Assembly (NCBI GenBank): GCA_003211135.1 | Contig: QCTN01000007.1 | Coordinates: 200-64,199 of the forward strand | Direction of reading: 5' to 3' | Length of the DNA: 64,000 nucleotides | Source: Prochlorococcus sp. AG-673-L20 | Lineage (GTDB): Bacteria > Cyanobacteriota > Cyanobacteriia > PCC-6307 > Cyanobiaceae | In this document: positions 41,915 to 51,519 of the stretch, one piece after another | How the letters are laid out: every line of letters begins with the position of its first letter | Position numbering within the stretch: the first letter of the stretch is position 1 | Notes under the pieces: model-generated | Seen by the model: the letters and a program-made list of their open reading frames with translations, nothing else | Database searches by the model: none | What the model was told of the DNA's origin: nothing | Position numbers and translations under genes: made by a program

Positions 41915-42361
41915 TTGAAAGGCGAGATAACTTATTATAAGATTTTAGGCGTTAATGAAAATGCCTCAAATCACGAATTAAGAAAAGCTTTTTGTAAACT
42001 CTCGATAGAATTACATCCTGATACGACTTCATTAGAATTAGAAGATGCAAAAAATAAATTTCAAAAAGTATTAGAGGCCTATGAAAATTTAAATAATTAT
42101 AATTTGAGGAAAATTTATGATGAACAATTACAAGTAAATTCTAAAAAACCAAATAAAACAAATTTAAATGTCTTGAATCCTTTAGTAATGGATGCTAATA
42201 ATCAGCAGTTAGTAGGTAATAGGAGACCATTTTCAAATGGAGAAATGTTCTCATTATTTTTGTTGATTATTATTATTTTGATAAGTTTATTTTTAGCTAT
42301 CTTAATCGCTTCTTTTGCTGGCAAAGAAATAGAGTCAATCCCAACTTGGCTTTTGAGCTAA
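41915..42361 (+). CDS. J-domain protein with C-terminal TM helix
   Basis: YYKILGV, LHPD, F..V.EAYE.L; hydrophobic C-terminus. Confidence 0.88.
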   Translation: MKGEITYYKILGVNENASNHELRKAFCKLSIELHPDTTSLELEDAKNKFQKVLEAYENLNNYNLRKIYDEQLQVNSKKPNKTNLNVLNPLVMDANNQQLVGNRRPFSNGEMFSLFLLIIIILISLFLAILIASFAGKEIESIPTWLLS

Positions 42362-42378
42362 AAATTTAAAGAAATTCT

Positions 42379-42636
42379 GTGATCTCATCTGACACCCCAA
42401 TTAATCAACATTCACTTCAATCATTAGAATTATGGTTAAAAGATTTAGGCGCAACTAAAGATATTGATAATCCTTCTAAATGGCATTTGTTACTTTCTAA
42501 TTGGAATGCAACTATTAGTTTTGAACAAGAAGATTTAAGTGTTGTCTGGGAGAATGAAGGTAAATTAACTAAAAGACTATTTTCTTATTGTATAAATAGA
42601 GAAGATATAGAAAATGCTATTTTACAGGGGCCTTAA
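42379..42636 (+). CDS. Conserved cyanobacterial protein, DUF3143 family
   Basis: TP..QHSL..LE.WL..LG ... F.Y...REDIENAI..GP. Confidence 0.8.
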   Translation: MISSDTPINQHSLQSLELWLKDLGATKDIDNPSKWHLLLSNWNATISFEQEDLSVVWENEGKLTKRLFSYCINREDIENAILQGP

Positions 42637-42645
42637 TTTTGTTTT

Positions 42646-43947
42646 TTAAAGATCGCTTAAAATTTCAAAAATAATTCTGTAACTTTTTTCTAATTGATTT
42701 TCTGTAATACATAGAGGGGGTAATAGATAGATAACATTACCAAGTGGTCTAATAAATAAACCTTTTTTAATTGATAATGCTTTTATCCTTTTGCCAATAT
42801 TGTTTAGATAACCTTCATTTTTACCTATTTCAATATCAAATGCGGCGATAGTTCCTGTGACTCTTATGTTTTTTACAAATGGTAATTTTTTAATTTTCTT
42901 TAGATGGGAAAGGTGCTTTTCCTCAAAAGAAAGATATTTTATTGGATCTTTTTGTAATAAGTCAAGGCTCGCATTAGCCGCAGCACACCCTAAAGGGTTT
43001 GCAGTAAAGCTATGACCATGCCAAAAAGTTTTTTTAGGAGAATCGCTAACAAAAGATTGGAAAATTGTCTCTTTAGCTAATGTGATTCCCATAGGTAGGA
43101 ATCCTCCCGTTAAACCCTTTGAAATAGAAATTAGATCAGGTTTTATATTTGCCTTTTGAAATGCAAAGAGACTTCCACATCGCCCAAATCCAGTTAATAC
43201 TTCATCAGCTATTAATAAAGAATTATTATTTTTTACTACTTCTGAAACTTTTTGGATAAATTCAGGCCTCACCATATTCATTCCTCCCGCACCCTGTACT
43301 AATGGTTCAATAATGACAGCTACAGTTGGCTTTTTAAGAAGTTTAGTTAATATTTGAATCGCGTTATTCTCTTTTGTTTCAACCTCTTCATCATTCATCC
43401 AAGTTGAAGGCCATGGGGCCCTTTTAACTGGGAACATTAGATTATCAAAATTCTCATTGAAAATATTTCGTTCCCCTAAAGCCATTGCTCCAAATGTATC
43501 ACCATGATAGGCACCATCAAAAGCAATTATTTGGTTTCTTGTTTCACCTTGATTTTGCCAAGATTGATAGGCAATTTTTAATGCTACTTCTACAGCGGTA
43601 GATCCATTATCAGAAAAAAATAGTCTTTCTAATTTTGTTAAGCCACTTAGTCTCTCTGATAACATTTGAGCCTGTGGATGTAAGAAGTCGGCGAATATAA
43701 CTTGCTCTAGAGTCTTGGCTTGTTGATAAATGGCATCTGCTATGTAATCGTTACTATGACCATGTAGAGTAACCCACCAACTACTTATTCCATCAATGAG
43801 TTCTTGTTTTGGATTTTTAGTATAAATTAAAGCATTCTTTCCATGAGTAACTTCTAATTGAGGCTTGCTATTTATAATCTGTGTAAAAGGCGGCCATATA
43901 TTAGGATGCCAATCTTGATTAGGATTTTTTAAAACTGGAGATTTCAT
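42646..43947 (-). CDS. bioA: Adenosylmethionine-8-amino-7-oxononanoate aminotransferase
   Basis: IWPPFTQ, SSWWVTLHGH, DNGSTAVEVALK, YHGDT, DEVLTGFGR, SKGLTGG. Confidence 0.97.
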   Translation of the reverse strand: MKSPVLKNPNQDWHPNIWPPFTQIINSKPQLEVTHGKNALIYTKNPKQELIDGISSWWVTLHGHSNDYIADAIYQQAKTLEQVIFADFLHPQAQMLSERLSGLTKLERLFFSDNGSTAVEVALKIAYQSWQNQGETRNQIIAFDGAYHGDTFGAMALGERNIFNENFDNLMFPVKRAPWPSTWMNDEEVETKENNAIQILTKLLKKPTVAVIIEPLVQGAGGMNMVRPEFIQKVSEVVKNNNSLLIADEVLTGFGRCGSLFAFQKANIKPDLISISKGLTGGFLPMGITLAKETIFQSFVSDSPKKTFWHGHSFTANPLGCAAANASLDLLQKDPIKYLSFEEKHLSHLKKIKKLPFVKNIRVTGTIAAFDIEIGKNEGYLNNIGKRIKALSIKKGLFIRPLGNVIYLLPPLCITENQLEKSYRIIFEILSDL

Positions 43948-43950
43948 TTA

Positions 43951-44613
43951 TTATTTTTTTTGATTTAATAAGGTGATCAATTTATTTTTAATGTTGAGCT
44001 CTTCCCAAAGTATATCTAAATTATTAGAGTCAATTTTCTGGATATATGGAAATTCTGCAATAATAGGAAGACTACTAAATTCAGTTAATGTTTTTGGATT
44101 ATCTAAGTGTTTTTTTCCGTTTATAACTAGACCTAGAATTTTAATATTTCTTTTTCTTAATGCCTCAATACTAAGAAGAGTGTGATTAAGAGTCCCAAGG
44201 CCGCTCTTGCATACAAGTATTACAGGGATATCCCATTTCTTGATTTGATCTATTTGCAAATAATTTCTTGTAATTGGGACCATTAAGCCCCCCGCTGTTT
44301 CTACAATTAATGACCCATCGATATTTGGTAAATTTAATAGCTGAAAGTTTATAACTTTTTGATCTATTTCTGACGCCCAATGAGGAGAAACAGGTTCTCT
44401 AAAGATATAAGCTTCACTGATTATTTTTGCTTTGTTCACTTTTGCAAGTCGTGCAACAGCTTGACTATCAGTCTCTGACTCAATGCCACTTTGAATAGGC
44501 TTCCAGTAAAAAGAATTTAATCCTCTTACAAAAAAAGAACTAATTAATGTCTTTCCGATATCAGTATCTGTACCACAAATAACAAATTGGGATTTATTCT
44601 TTATAGCGCTCAT
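43951..44613 (-). CDS. bioD: Dethiobiotin synthase
   Basis: GTDTDIGKT, KPIQSG, ETAGG, LGTLNHT. Confidence 0.96.
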   Translation of the reverse strand: MSAIKNKSQFVICGTDTDIGKTLISSFFVRGLNSFYWKPIQSGIESETDSQAVARLAKVNKAKIISEAYIFREPVSPHWASEIDQKVINFQLLNLPNIDGSLIVETAGGLMVPITRNYLQIDQIKKWDIPVILVCKSGLGTLNHTLLSIEALRKRNIKILGLVINGKKHLDNPKTLTEFSSLPIIAEFPYIQKIDSNNLDILWEELNIKNKLITLLNQKK

Positions 44614-45368
44614 GATTTTTTTAATATTTCAATATTAATTTCCCATGTAAGGTTAACTGAATTAGTTGCCGTCTTAGGCCAAAACTTTTGTATTGCTTTA
44701 AAATCACATACTTTATTACGTTTACACTTGGTTGATTGAGCTCCCACGTTTACTATGCTTCTGAAAAGTTTATAAACATCAGGAAAGTTTTCTATATACA
44801 AGTATTTATTTGAGAAGAATATTTCGTCAGAGTTGAAACTTTTGACTATATTTTTTGAAATAGGGAAAGTTAGGCCACTATATTCAATATTAGTTTCTAA
44901 GCAAGTTTGCTTCCATTCCGGGAATGAATTTATTGTGGGATATGAAATTATTAAATAACCACCAGATCTTAATTTGTTAAACCAATCTCTTATTATTTTT
45001 TCGGGATTGTCTAACCAGTGTATACAAAAGTTAGATGTCATTAGAGGACAGTTTATAATTGATGGAGGTAAACCATTATTTAAATCCCATAAAATCTTTT
45101 TACTAGAGTCCTTATTTTGAAGAAGCATTTTTTTGCTGAAATCAATTCGGATAATATTTTTTGTAGAAAATTCTTTTTCTATTTCATCAGCTAATAAGCC
45201 AGTTCCTGAACCAAGATCTATCCATTCACCTTTTTGAATATTTAGATCTTTTAAGAAATAAACAATCTTATCAGCAAAATGCTTTTGAATATTTGAATAA
45301 CTTAAATAATTTGCTGAAGCATTATTAAAGTTATTTTTAACTATTTCATTCCAGATTTTATTTTTCAT
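44610..45368 (-). CDS. bioC: Malonyl-ACP O-methyltransferase BioC-like
   Basis: F..A...Y....IQ, DLGSGTG; position in the bio cluster. Confidence 0.85.
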   Translation of the reverse strand: MKNKIWNEIVKNNFNNASANYLSYSNIQKHFADKIVYFLKDLNIQKGEWIDLGSGTGLLADEIEKEFSTKNIIRIDFSKKMLLQNKDSSKKILWDLNNGLPPSIINCPLMTSNFCIHWLDNPEKIIRDWFNKLRSGGYLIISYPTINSFPEWKQTCLETNIEYSGLTFPISKNIVKSFNSDEIFFSNKYLYIENFPDVYKLFRSIVNVGAQSTKCKRNKVCDFKAIQKFWPKTATNSVNLTWEINIEILKKS

Positions 45369-46074
45369 ATTTACTATCCAGAGTTCTTTTGATGATTTGG
45401 TAAAAATCTAAATTAGTTAGACAATGCCCTTGATTATCTAATTCAATTAAAGTTGGCTTTTTAGTTAATGTTTTATTTAGTAATTCAATAAAGTCATCAC
45501 TTGAATCTTGGTCAAGAATTAAATCGTTTTTAGAATTTATAATGATGACATTGCAATTTTTCTCAAAAGACTTTAAAGAATTTTTATCTGTATAAAGTTG
45601 TTTAAGGTCACTTAATAGAAGATTATTATTTAAATTCTCTAAGTTTTTATAAAACATAGTTTGGAAATTAATGCTCATATTATTGGGCAAAAAAGATCTA
45701 CGTATAAACTCTTTTAACATAACCTTTGCTTCAAATAACATTATTTTTTTTTCCATTCTCTTAAGAGATCTGTAAATTAAATTTCTTTTTTTGCTTGAAG
45801 GAAGAAAGTTATTAAATGAATTTATAAAGACAACATGGGATGCTTCATCTAAAAGATTTTCTTGAATTAAATGGAAACCTAAAGAGTGACATAAAATCAT
45901 CCTGATTTGATCGTTCAAATTGTTTTGTATCCATTTTGCTTGATTGATATTTTTTGAAAAATATCCTCTTTCATTATCTTGCCAATGCCATCCATTTCTT
46001 TGAAATTCAATTTTATAATTATCCCAGAAACTTTGATCTAACCCCCAACCATGCTGAGTAATAACTTGTTTCAT
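45358..46074 (-). CDS. bioK: Alpha/beta hydrolase, probable pimeloyl-ACP methyl ester esterase (BioK type)
   Basis: HGWG oxyanion motif, CHSLG nucleophile elbow, D and GH triad positions; between bioF and bioC. Confidence 0.75.
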   Translation of the reverse strand: MKQVITQHGWGLDQSFWDNYKIEFQRNGWHWQDNERGYFSKNINQAKWIQNNLNDQIRMILCHSLGFHLIQENLLDEASHVVFINSFNNFLPSSKKRNLIYRSLKRMEKKIMLFEAKVMLKEFIRRSFLPNNMSINFQTMFYKNLENLNNNLLLSDLKQLYTDKNSLKSFEKNCNVIIINSKNDLILDQDSSDDFIELLNKTLTKKPTLIELDNQGHCLTNLDFYQIIKRTLDSKYEK

Positions 46075-47216
46075 TTGAAGGCTTTTAAAACAGAAATAAA
46101 ATTATTAAGTATGTCTAGATTTAAATCTCTTCTAATTGTTAGCCTTATTCTTGATTCGTTCACAGGAACAGTAGGTGGTCTAATAGCAATAGCTAAAAAA
46201 CCGTTTTTTTCAAGATGTTTTTGTAGAAGGATTGCCTTTTCTTCTTTTCCTACCATTATAGATAAGATTTGAGATTCTCCCTTAACTGGGTAACTTGAAT
46301 TTCGAAGAATTTCTTTTTTCCATTTTTTAGAAGATATCAATAAATTAATACCCCACTTATGATTGGCTTTGATTTTTTGGAGCGATTTAAGTGCACCTGC
46401 AGATAAAGCTGGGGAAAGAGCAGTTGTATATCTAAAAGCTCCACTCGTTTGAATAAGGTGTTCACCAATTTTTGAGTTACAAGCTATGAAAGCCCCACCG
46501 CTACCAAACGATTTGCCAAAGGTTCCAGTAAGCATAGTTATTTCATCAGATAAATCAAAACTTAAACCTTTCCCTTCAGTCCCTAAAATCCCAATAGCAT
46601 GAGCTTCGTCGACTAATAATTCAACATTATACCTTTTACAAATTCCAGCAATTTCTTTGAGAGGAGCAATTGAACCTTCCATACTGTAAAGGGATTCAAC
46701 AATTATAAGAATGGACTTTTGCGATGAATTGAATTTAAGAATTTTATTTTCTAAGTCTTTTAAATCATTATGTGCGAATCTTACTAGTTTTGATCCGGCA
46801 GCTTTTACTCCAACTAATAAAGAATTATGAATAAATTTATCTGCAATTACAATACTATTTCTGTTAGCTAAACCTTGCACGGCAGCAATATTAGCTTGGA
46901 AACCGCTTGGAAATAAAAGCACTTTTTCCTGATTAAGCCATTCTGCAAGTTGTGTCTCTAATAATTTATGTATTGGTCTTGAGCCCGTTATGAATCTCGA
47001 ACTGCCTGAACCAAGACCTTCAGATAAGCTTATTTCATAAGAGGCTTTTATTACATCATTATCCCTACTTAGTCCAAAATAATCATTACTACATAAGTCA
47101 ATAAAGTTATTTTTAACTTTCTTTGGATTTACACCTTGAAGTTCATATGGCTTTTGACCTAATGTGAATGTTTTTAATTTACGAAGTCTATTTTTTGGGA
47201 TTTTTACTCTATTCAT
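46071..47216 (-). CDS. bioF: 8-amino-7-oxononanoate synthase
   Basis: SNDYFGL, SGFQAN, HNS, ESLYSMEG, DEAH, TFGK, IRPPTVP. Confidence 0.96.
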   Translation of the reverse strand: MNRVKIPKNRLRKLKTFTLGQKPYELQGVNPKKVKNNFIDLCSNDYFGLSRDNDVIKASYEISLSEGLGSGSSRFITGSRPIHKLLETQLAEWLNQEKVLLFPSGFQANIAAVQGLANRNSIVIADKFIHNSLLVGVKAAGSKLVRFAHNDLKDLENKILKFNSSQKSILIIVESLYSMEGSIAPLKEIAGICKRYNVELLVDEAHAIGILGTEGKGLSFDLSDEITMLTGTFGKSFGSGGAFIACNSKIGEHLIQTSGAFRYTTALSPALSAGALKSLQKIKANHKWGINLLISSKKWKKEILRNSSYPVKGESQILSIMVGKEEKAILLQKHLEKNGFLAIAIRPPTVPVNESRIRLTIRRDLNLDILNNFISVLKAFK

Positions 47217-47355
47217 TTGTAAGTAATTTCAACTAAATATTTTTTATAAAATGATCTAGATTTACTATTAAAGCGTGCAAGGTGGCTATTGTTTATTAAT
47301 ATCTATATAGATCATATCTTAAGAAGTTAACTCCTCCTCTCTTCAATCACAATTA

Positions 47356-50082
47356 TTGCTTAATTTAGAGGAATATTTCCCATTCCCACTAGATCCCTTT
47401 CAAATAGAGGCAATAAAAGCTATTAATAGTGGAAATTCTGTTGTTTTAACTGCTCCAACTGGCTCAGGTAAAACATTAATCGGTGAATTTGCTATTTATA
47501 GAGGCTTATCCCATGAAAGTAGAGTTTTTTATACAACCCCTTTAAAAGCTTTATCAAATCAAAAGTTTAGAGATTTTATTAATCAATTTGGAGAGAAGAA
47601 AGTAGGTCTCTTAACTGGAGATATTAGTATCAATAGAGATGCTCCAATCTTAGTAATGACTACTGAGATTTTTAGGAATATGCTCTATGGAGAATTTGAA
47701 GAATTTGATGACCCATTGGTAAATCTGGAATCTGTAATTCTTGATGAATGCCATTATATGAACGATCCTCAAAGGGGGACAGTTTGGGAAGAAACAATAA
47801 TTCATTGTCCAAGTAGATCACAGATAATAGCTTTATCAGCAACTATCTCTAATGCAGAACAACTTCAAAATTGGATAGAAAAAGTTCATGGTCCTACAGT
47901 ACTTGTGAACAGTAATAAAAGGCCAGTTCCATTAGATTTTATTTTTTGTAGTGCCAAGGGACTTCATCCTCTTTTGAATAATAAGGGTAATGGGATTCAT
48001 CCAAATTGTAAGATTTGGAGAGCACCAAAAGGGCAAAAAAAGAAAGGTAAAGTAGGCAGAATAATGCAACCAAAGGCTCCTCCAATTGCCTTTGTAGTCT
48101 CTAAACTTGCAGAGAGAAATATGTTACCAGCTATCTATTTTATTTTTAGTAGAAGAGGTTGTGACAAGGCTGTTGAGTATATAAAAGATTTATCTTTAGT
48201 AAGTTATTCAGAAGCAAATTTGATATCGCAAAGATTAGATGTTTATCTAAAAAATAATGAAGAGGGTATAAAAGATAAATTTCATTGTGAAGCTCTTAAA
48301 CGAGGTATAGCTTCACACCATGCTGGTTTGCTTCCAGCATGGAAAGAGTTAGTAGAGGAATTATTTCAGCAAGGATTGATAAAAGTTGTTTTTGCAACTG
48401 AAACTTTAGCTGCGGGTATTAATATGCCTGCAAGAACAACAGTAATTTCAACATTATCAAAAAGGACTGATGAAGGACATAGATTATTATTTAGTAGTGA
48501 ATTCTTGCAGATGTCAGGAAGAGCTGGAAGAAGAGGAAAGGATTTGCAGGGATATGTTGTAACCTTACAAACTAGATTTGAGGGAGCAAAAGAAGCTAGT
48601 ACCTTGGCTATTAGTGAACCAAATCCACTAGTTAGTCAGTTCACACCAAGCTATGGAATGGTTCTTAATCTTTTGCAAAATTATAGTTTAGATAAATCTC
48701 GAGAGTTAATAAAAAGAAGTTTTGGGAGCTTTTTATATTTAGGGGAATCATCAGAAGAGACGGCTATTCTTGATAATTTAGAAAGAGATTTAAAAGAACT
48801 AAAAAAAATAACTTCCAATATTTCATGGCAAGATTTCGATTCATACGAAAAGTTGAAAAGTAGTTTAAAAGAAGAAAGAAGATTGTTGAGGATATTAGAA
48901 AAACAAGCAGCCGAAAAATTATCAGAAGAAATTACTAGTGCACTTACCTTTATTAAAGATGGAAGTTTAATTTCTATAAAAGCCCCTCAAATAAATAGAA
49001 AAGTTGTTCCAGCTGTAATTTGTAAAAAAATATATGAATCAAAAAAAATTAAAAGTTTGCTTTGTTTAACAATTGATAATTTATTTATCCTTATAAAACC
49101 TTCTTACATAGTCAATATTTTTCCTGATTTAGAAGAAATTGAAATTTCAAGGCTTGAAGAACCCAGGATGAATTTCTCAGGAGAAGTTGTAAGAGGTGAT
49201 AATCAATCACAAACTTTTGTAGATAGAATTTTTGATATTTCTGAAAAATATGATTTAAGAACTCCTCAATATGACCTATCAACTGAAGTTTTGGCACAAA
49301 AGAAACTAATTACTAATTTGGAAGAAACAATTACTAATCAGCCTGCGCATAAATTTGGTGACTCTAAAAAATTAAAAAGATATAGAAAAAGGATTGTCGA
49401 GATTGAGCAAGAAATAGTTATGAAAAATAATCTTATGGAAGAAAAAGAAAATCATAACTGGATAAAATTTACTGATTTAATAAAAATTTTGAATCATTTT
49501 GGCTGTTTAAATGATTTAGAGCTTACCGAAGTAGGGCAATCAGTTGGTGCAATAAGAAGTGAAAATGAATTATGGGTTGGACTTGTTTTACTTAGTGGAT
49601 ACTTGGATGATTTGGCCCCTCATGATTTAGCCGCAATAATTCAAGCAATTTGTGTGGATGTAAGAAGACCCAATCTTTGGTGTAATTTTAAGCCTTCCAT
49701 AAAAGTTATAGATGTTTTTAATGAGTTAGAAAGCCTAAGGAAATTAGTAGCCTCGAAACAAAATAAGTTTAATATTAACACTCCAATTTTTTTAGAAACG
49801 GAGTTGACTGGGATAATTTCAGAATGGGCGAGAGGTAAAAAATGGAAAGACCTGATTTTTAATACTTCTCTAGATGAGGGGGATGTTGTAAGGATCTTAA
49901 GAAGGTCTATGGATGTTTTATCACAAATTCAATATTGCGTAGGAGTAAGTAATAAACTTAAAAATAAAGCAAAGTTAGCCTTAAAAGCTATAAATAGATT
50001 TCCTGTTTCTGAATCGAATGATTTGTTAAAAGTCTCTGATAATATTAATCCAGCAACGAAAAGAATTGATAATAATTCCTAA
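47356..50082 (+). CDS. Ski2/HelY-like DExH-box RNA helicase (TTG start)
   Basis: APTGSGKT, PLKALSNQK, DECH, SAT, HHAG, QMSGRAGRRG; C-terminal DEGD.VR (DSHCT). Confidence 0.93.
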   Translation: MLNLEEYFPFPLDPFQIEAIKAINSGNSVVLTAPTGSGKTLIGEFAIYRGLSHESRVFYTTPLKALSNQKFRDFINQFGEKKVGLLTGDISINRDAPILVMTTEIFRNMLYGEFEEFDDPLVNLESVILDECHYMNDPQRGTVWEETIIHCPSRSQIIALSATISNAEQLQNWIEKVHGPTVLVNSNKRPVPLDFIFCSAKGLHPLLNNKGNGIHPNCKIWRAPKGQKKKGKVGRIMQPKAPPIAFVVSKLAERNMLPAIYFIFSRRGCDKAVEYIKDLSLVSYSEANLISQRLDVYLKNNEEGIKDKFHCEALKRGIASHHAGLLPAWKELVEELFQQGLIKVVFATETLAAGINMPARTTVISTLSKRTDEGHRLLFSSEFLQMSGRAGRRGKDLQGYVVTLQTRFEGAKEASTLAISEPNPLVSQFTPSYGMVLNLLQNYSLDKSRELIKRSFGSFLYLGESSEETAILDNLERDLKELKKITSNISWQDFDSYEKLKSSLKEERRLLRILEKQAAEKLSEEITSALTFIKDGSLISIKAPQINRKVVPAVICKKIYESKKIKSLLCLTIDNLFILIKPSYIVNIFPDLEEIEISRLEEPRMNFSGEVVRGDNQSQTFVDRIFDISEKYDLRTPQYDLSTEVLAQKKLITNLEETITNQPAHKFGDSKKLKRYRKRIVEIEQEIVMKNNLMEEKENHNWIKFTDLIKILNHFGCLNDLELTEVGQSVGAIRSENELWVGLVLLSGYLDDLAPHDLAAIIQAICVDVRRPNLWCNFKPSIKVIDVFNELESLRKLVASKQNKFNINTPIFLETELTGIISEWARGKKWKDLIFNTSLDEGDVVRILRRSMDVLSQIQYCVGVSNKLKNKAKLALKAINRFPVSESNDLLKVSDNINPATKRIDNNS

Positions 50083-50093
50083 AAGTAGTTCAA

Positions 50094-51482
50094 TTAAATC
50101 ATTTTATTAGTATTTATAGCATCCTCAAAATCATTAGCAGTTAAGTAACCTAATTTTATTGTTGCTTCTTTTAAGTTGATTGATTCATTAAAAGCAAGAT
50201 TCGCAATTTCTGCTGCTTTTTCATAACCTATTTTGGGAACCAATGCGGTTACAAGCATTAGTGAATTTTCAAGATTAGCTTTTATAGTTTTTGGGTTTGG
50301 TTGTATCCCTTCAACTAATTTTAGTCTGAAGTTACTTATCGCATGATTCAGTAATTTTATACTCGTGAGAATATTAAATCCAATTAGTGGCTTATATTCA
50401 TTCATTTGTAAAGTTCCGCTGGCATTAGCTATTGATACTGCGTATTCAAAACCCATTACTTGAGTGCATACCATTGATAATGCTTCACATTGGGTTGGAT
50501 TAACTTTCCCAGGCATGATTGAGCTCCCCGGTTCATTTTGGGGAATTATTAATTCATAAATGCCAGATCTAGGTCCTGAGGACAATATTTTAATATCATT
50601 AGAAATCTTAAATAACGCACTTGCTAGGATTTTTATTTGACCCATTACTTGGGCTAATCGATCATGAGATGCCATTAAAGAGAAATGATTCTTTGATTTA
50701 TAAAAAAATAAACCAGTATATTCTGAAATTGATTTTATAGATTCTTTTGAGAAATCTTTTGGACAATTAATACCTGTACCAACTGCCGTACCACCTAGTG
50801 GTAAGAAACATAATTCATCAAGACTAATTATCAGAGCATCTTCAGCGTCCTTTAGTTGTTTTGACCATGCAGAAACTTCTTGACCAAGAGAAATTGGCAC
50901 TGCATCTTGAAAATGAGTTCTACCTATTTTTATAAGATCTTTCCATTTATTACTCTTACTATCAAGAACCTTAGTAAGTGCCTTTATTGATGGAACTAAT
51001 TTTTTAATTATTTGAGTAATAACAGATATCTGAATAGCCGCAGGAAAAGTATCATTTGTAGACTGCGATTTATTAACATCATCATTTGGATGAATAGGAT
51101 GATGACTTCCAAGTCCTGAATTTGTTTTTAACGCAGCAATATTAGATATAACTTCATTGATATTCATATTTGTTTGTGTACCACTACCTGTTTGCCATAT
51201 TTTTAAAGGGAATTGAGAATCGTGTTTCCCATCAAGTATTTCTGTACAGGCTTCAATAATGAGATCTTTTTTTACATTATTTATTAAACCCAATTTGAAA
51301 TTAGAAATTGCAGCTGCTCTTTTTATAACAGTAAGTGAATAAATTAATTCAATTGGGATTAACTCCTCACCAATAGAAAAATTTATAATTGATCTCTGCG
51401 TTTGGGCTCCCCACAAAGCCTCTGAAGGAACTTTAATCTGTCCCATACTATCTTTTTCAAATCTAAAGTTCTTGGTCATCAA
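50094..51482 (-). CDS. fumC: Class II fumarate hydratase
   Basis: WGAQTQRS, QTGSGT, HPND, GSSIMPGKVNP. Confidence 0.97.
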   Translation of the reverse strand: MMTKNFRFEKDSMGQIKVPSEALWGAQTQRSIINFSIGEELIPIELIYSLTVIKRAAAISNFKLGLINNVKKDLIIEACTEILDGKHDSQFPLKIWQTGSGTQTNMNINEVISNIAALKTNSGLGSHHPIHPNDDVNKSQSTNDTFPAAIQISVITQIIKKLVPSIKALTKVLDSKSNKWKDLIKIGRTHFQDAVPISLGQEVSAWSKQLKDAEDALIISLDELCFLPLGGTAVGTGINCPKDFSKESIKSISEYTGLFFYKSKNHFSLMASHDRLAQVMGQIKILASALFKISNDIKILSSGPRSGIYELIIPQNEPGSSIMPGKVNPTQCEALSMVCTQVMGFEYAVSIANASGTLQMNEYKPLIGFNILTSIKLLNHAISNFRLKLVEGIQPNPKTIKANLENSLMLVTALVPKIGYEKAAEIANLAFNESINLKEATIKLGYLTANDFEDAINTNKMI

Positions 51483-51519
51483 AAAAACTGTGGTTAAACT
51501 TCAAATAATATTTAGGGAT

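Noticed and set aside
47286-47345. Strong SD-like GAGGAGGAG on the minus strand followed by a 9-codon ORF (MIYIDINKQ) upstream of bioF
   Set aside because: SD-to-ATG spacing of about 15 nt is too long and the peptide is featureless; no further support
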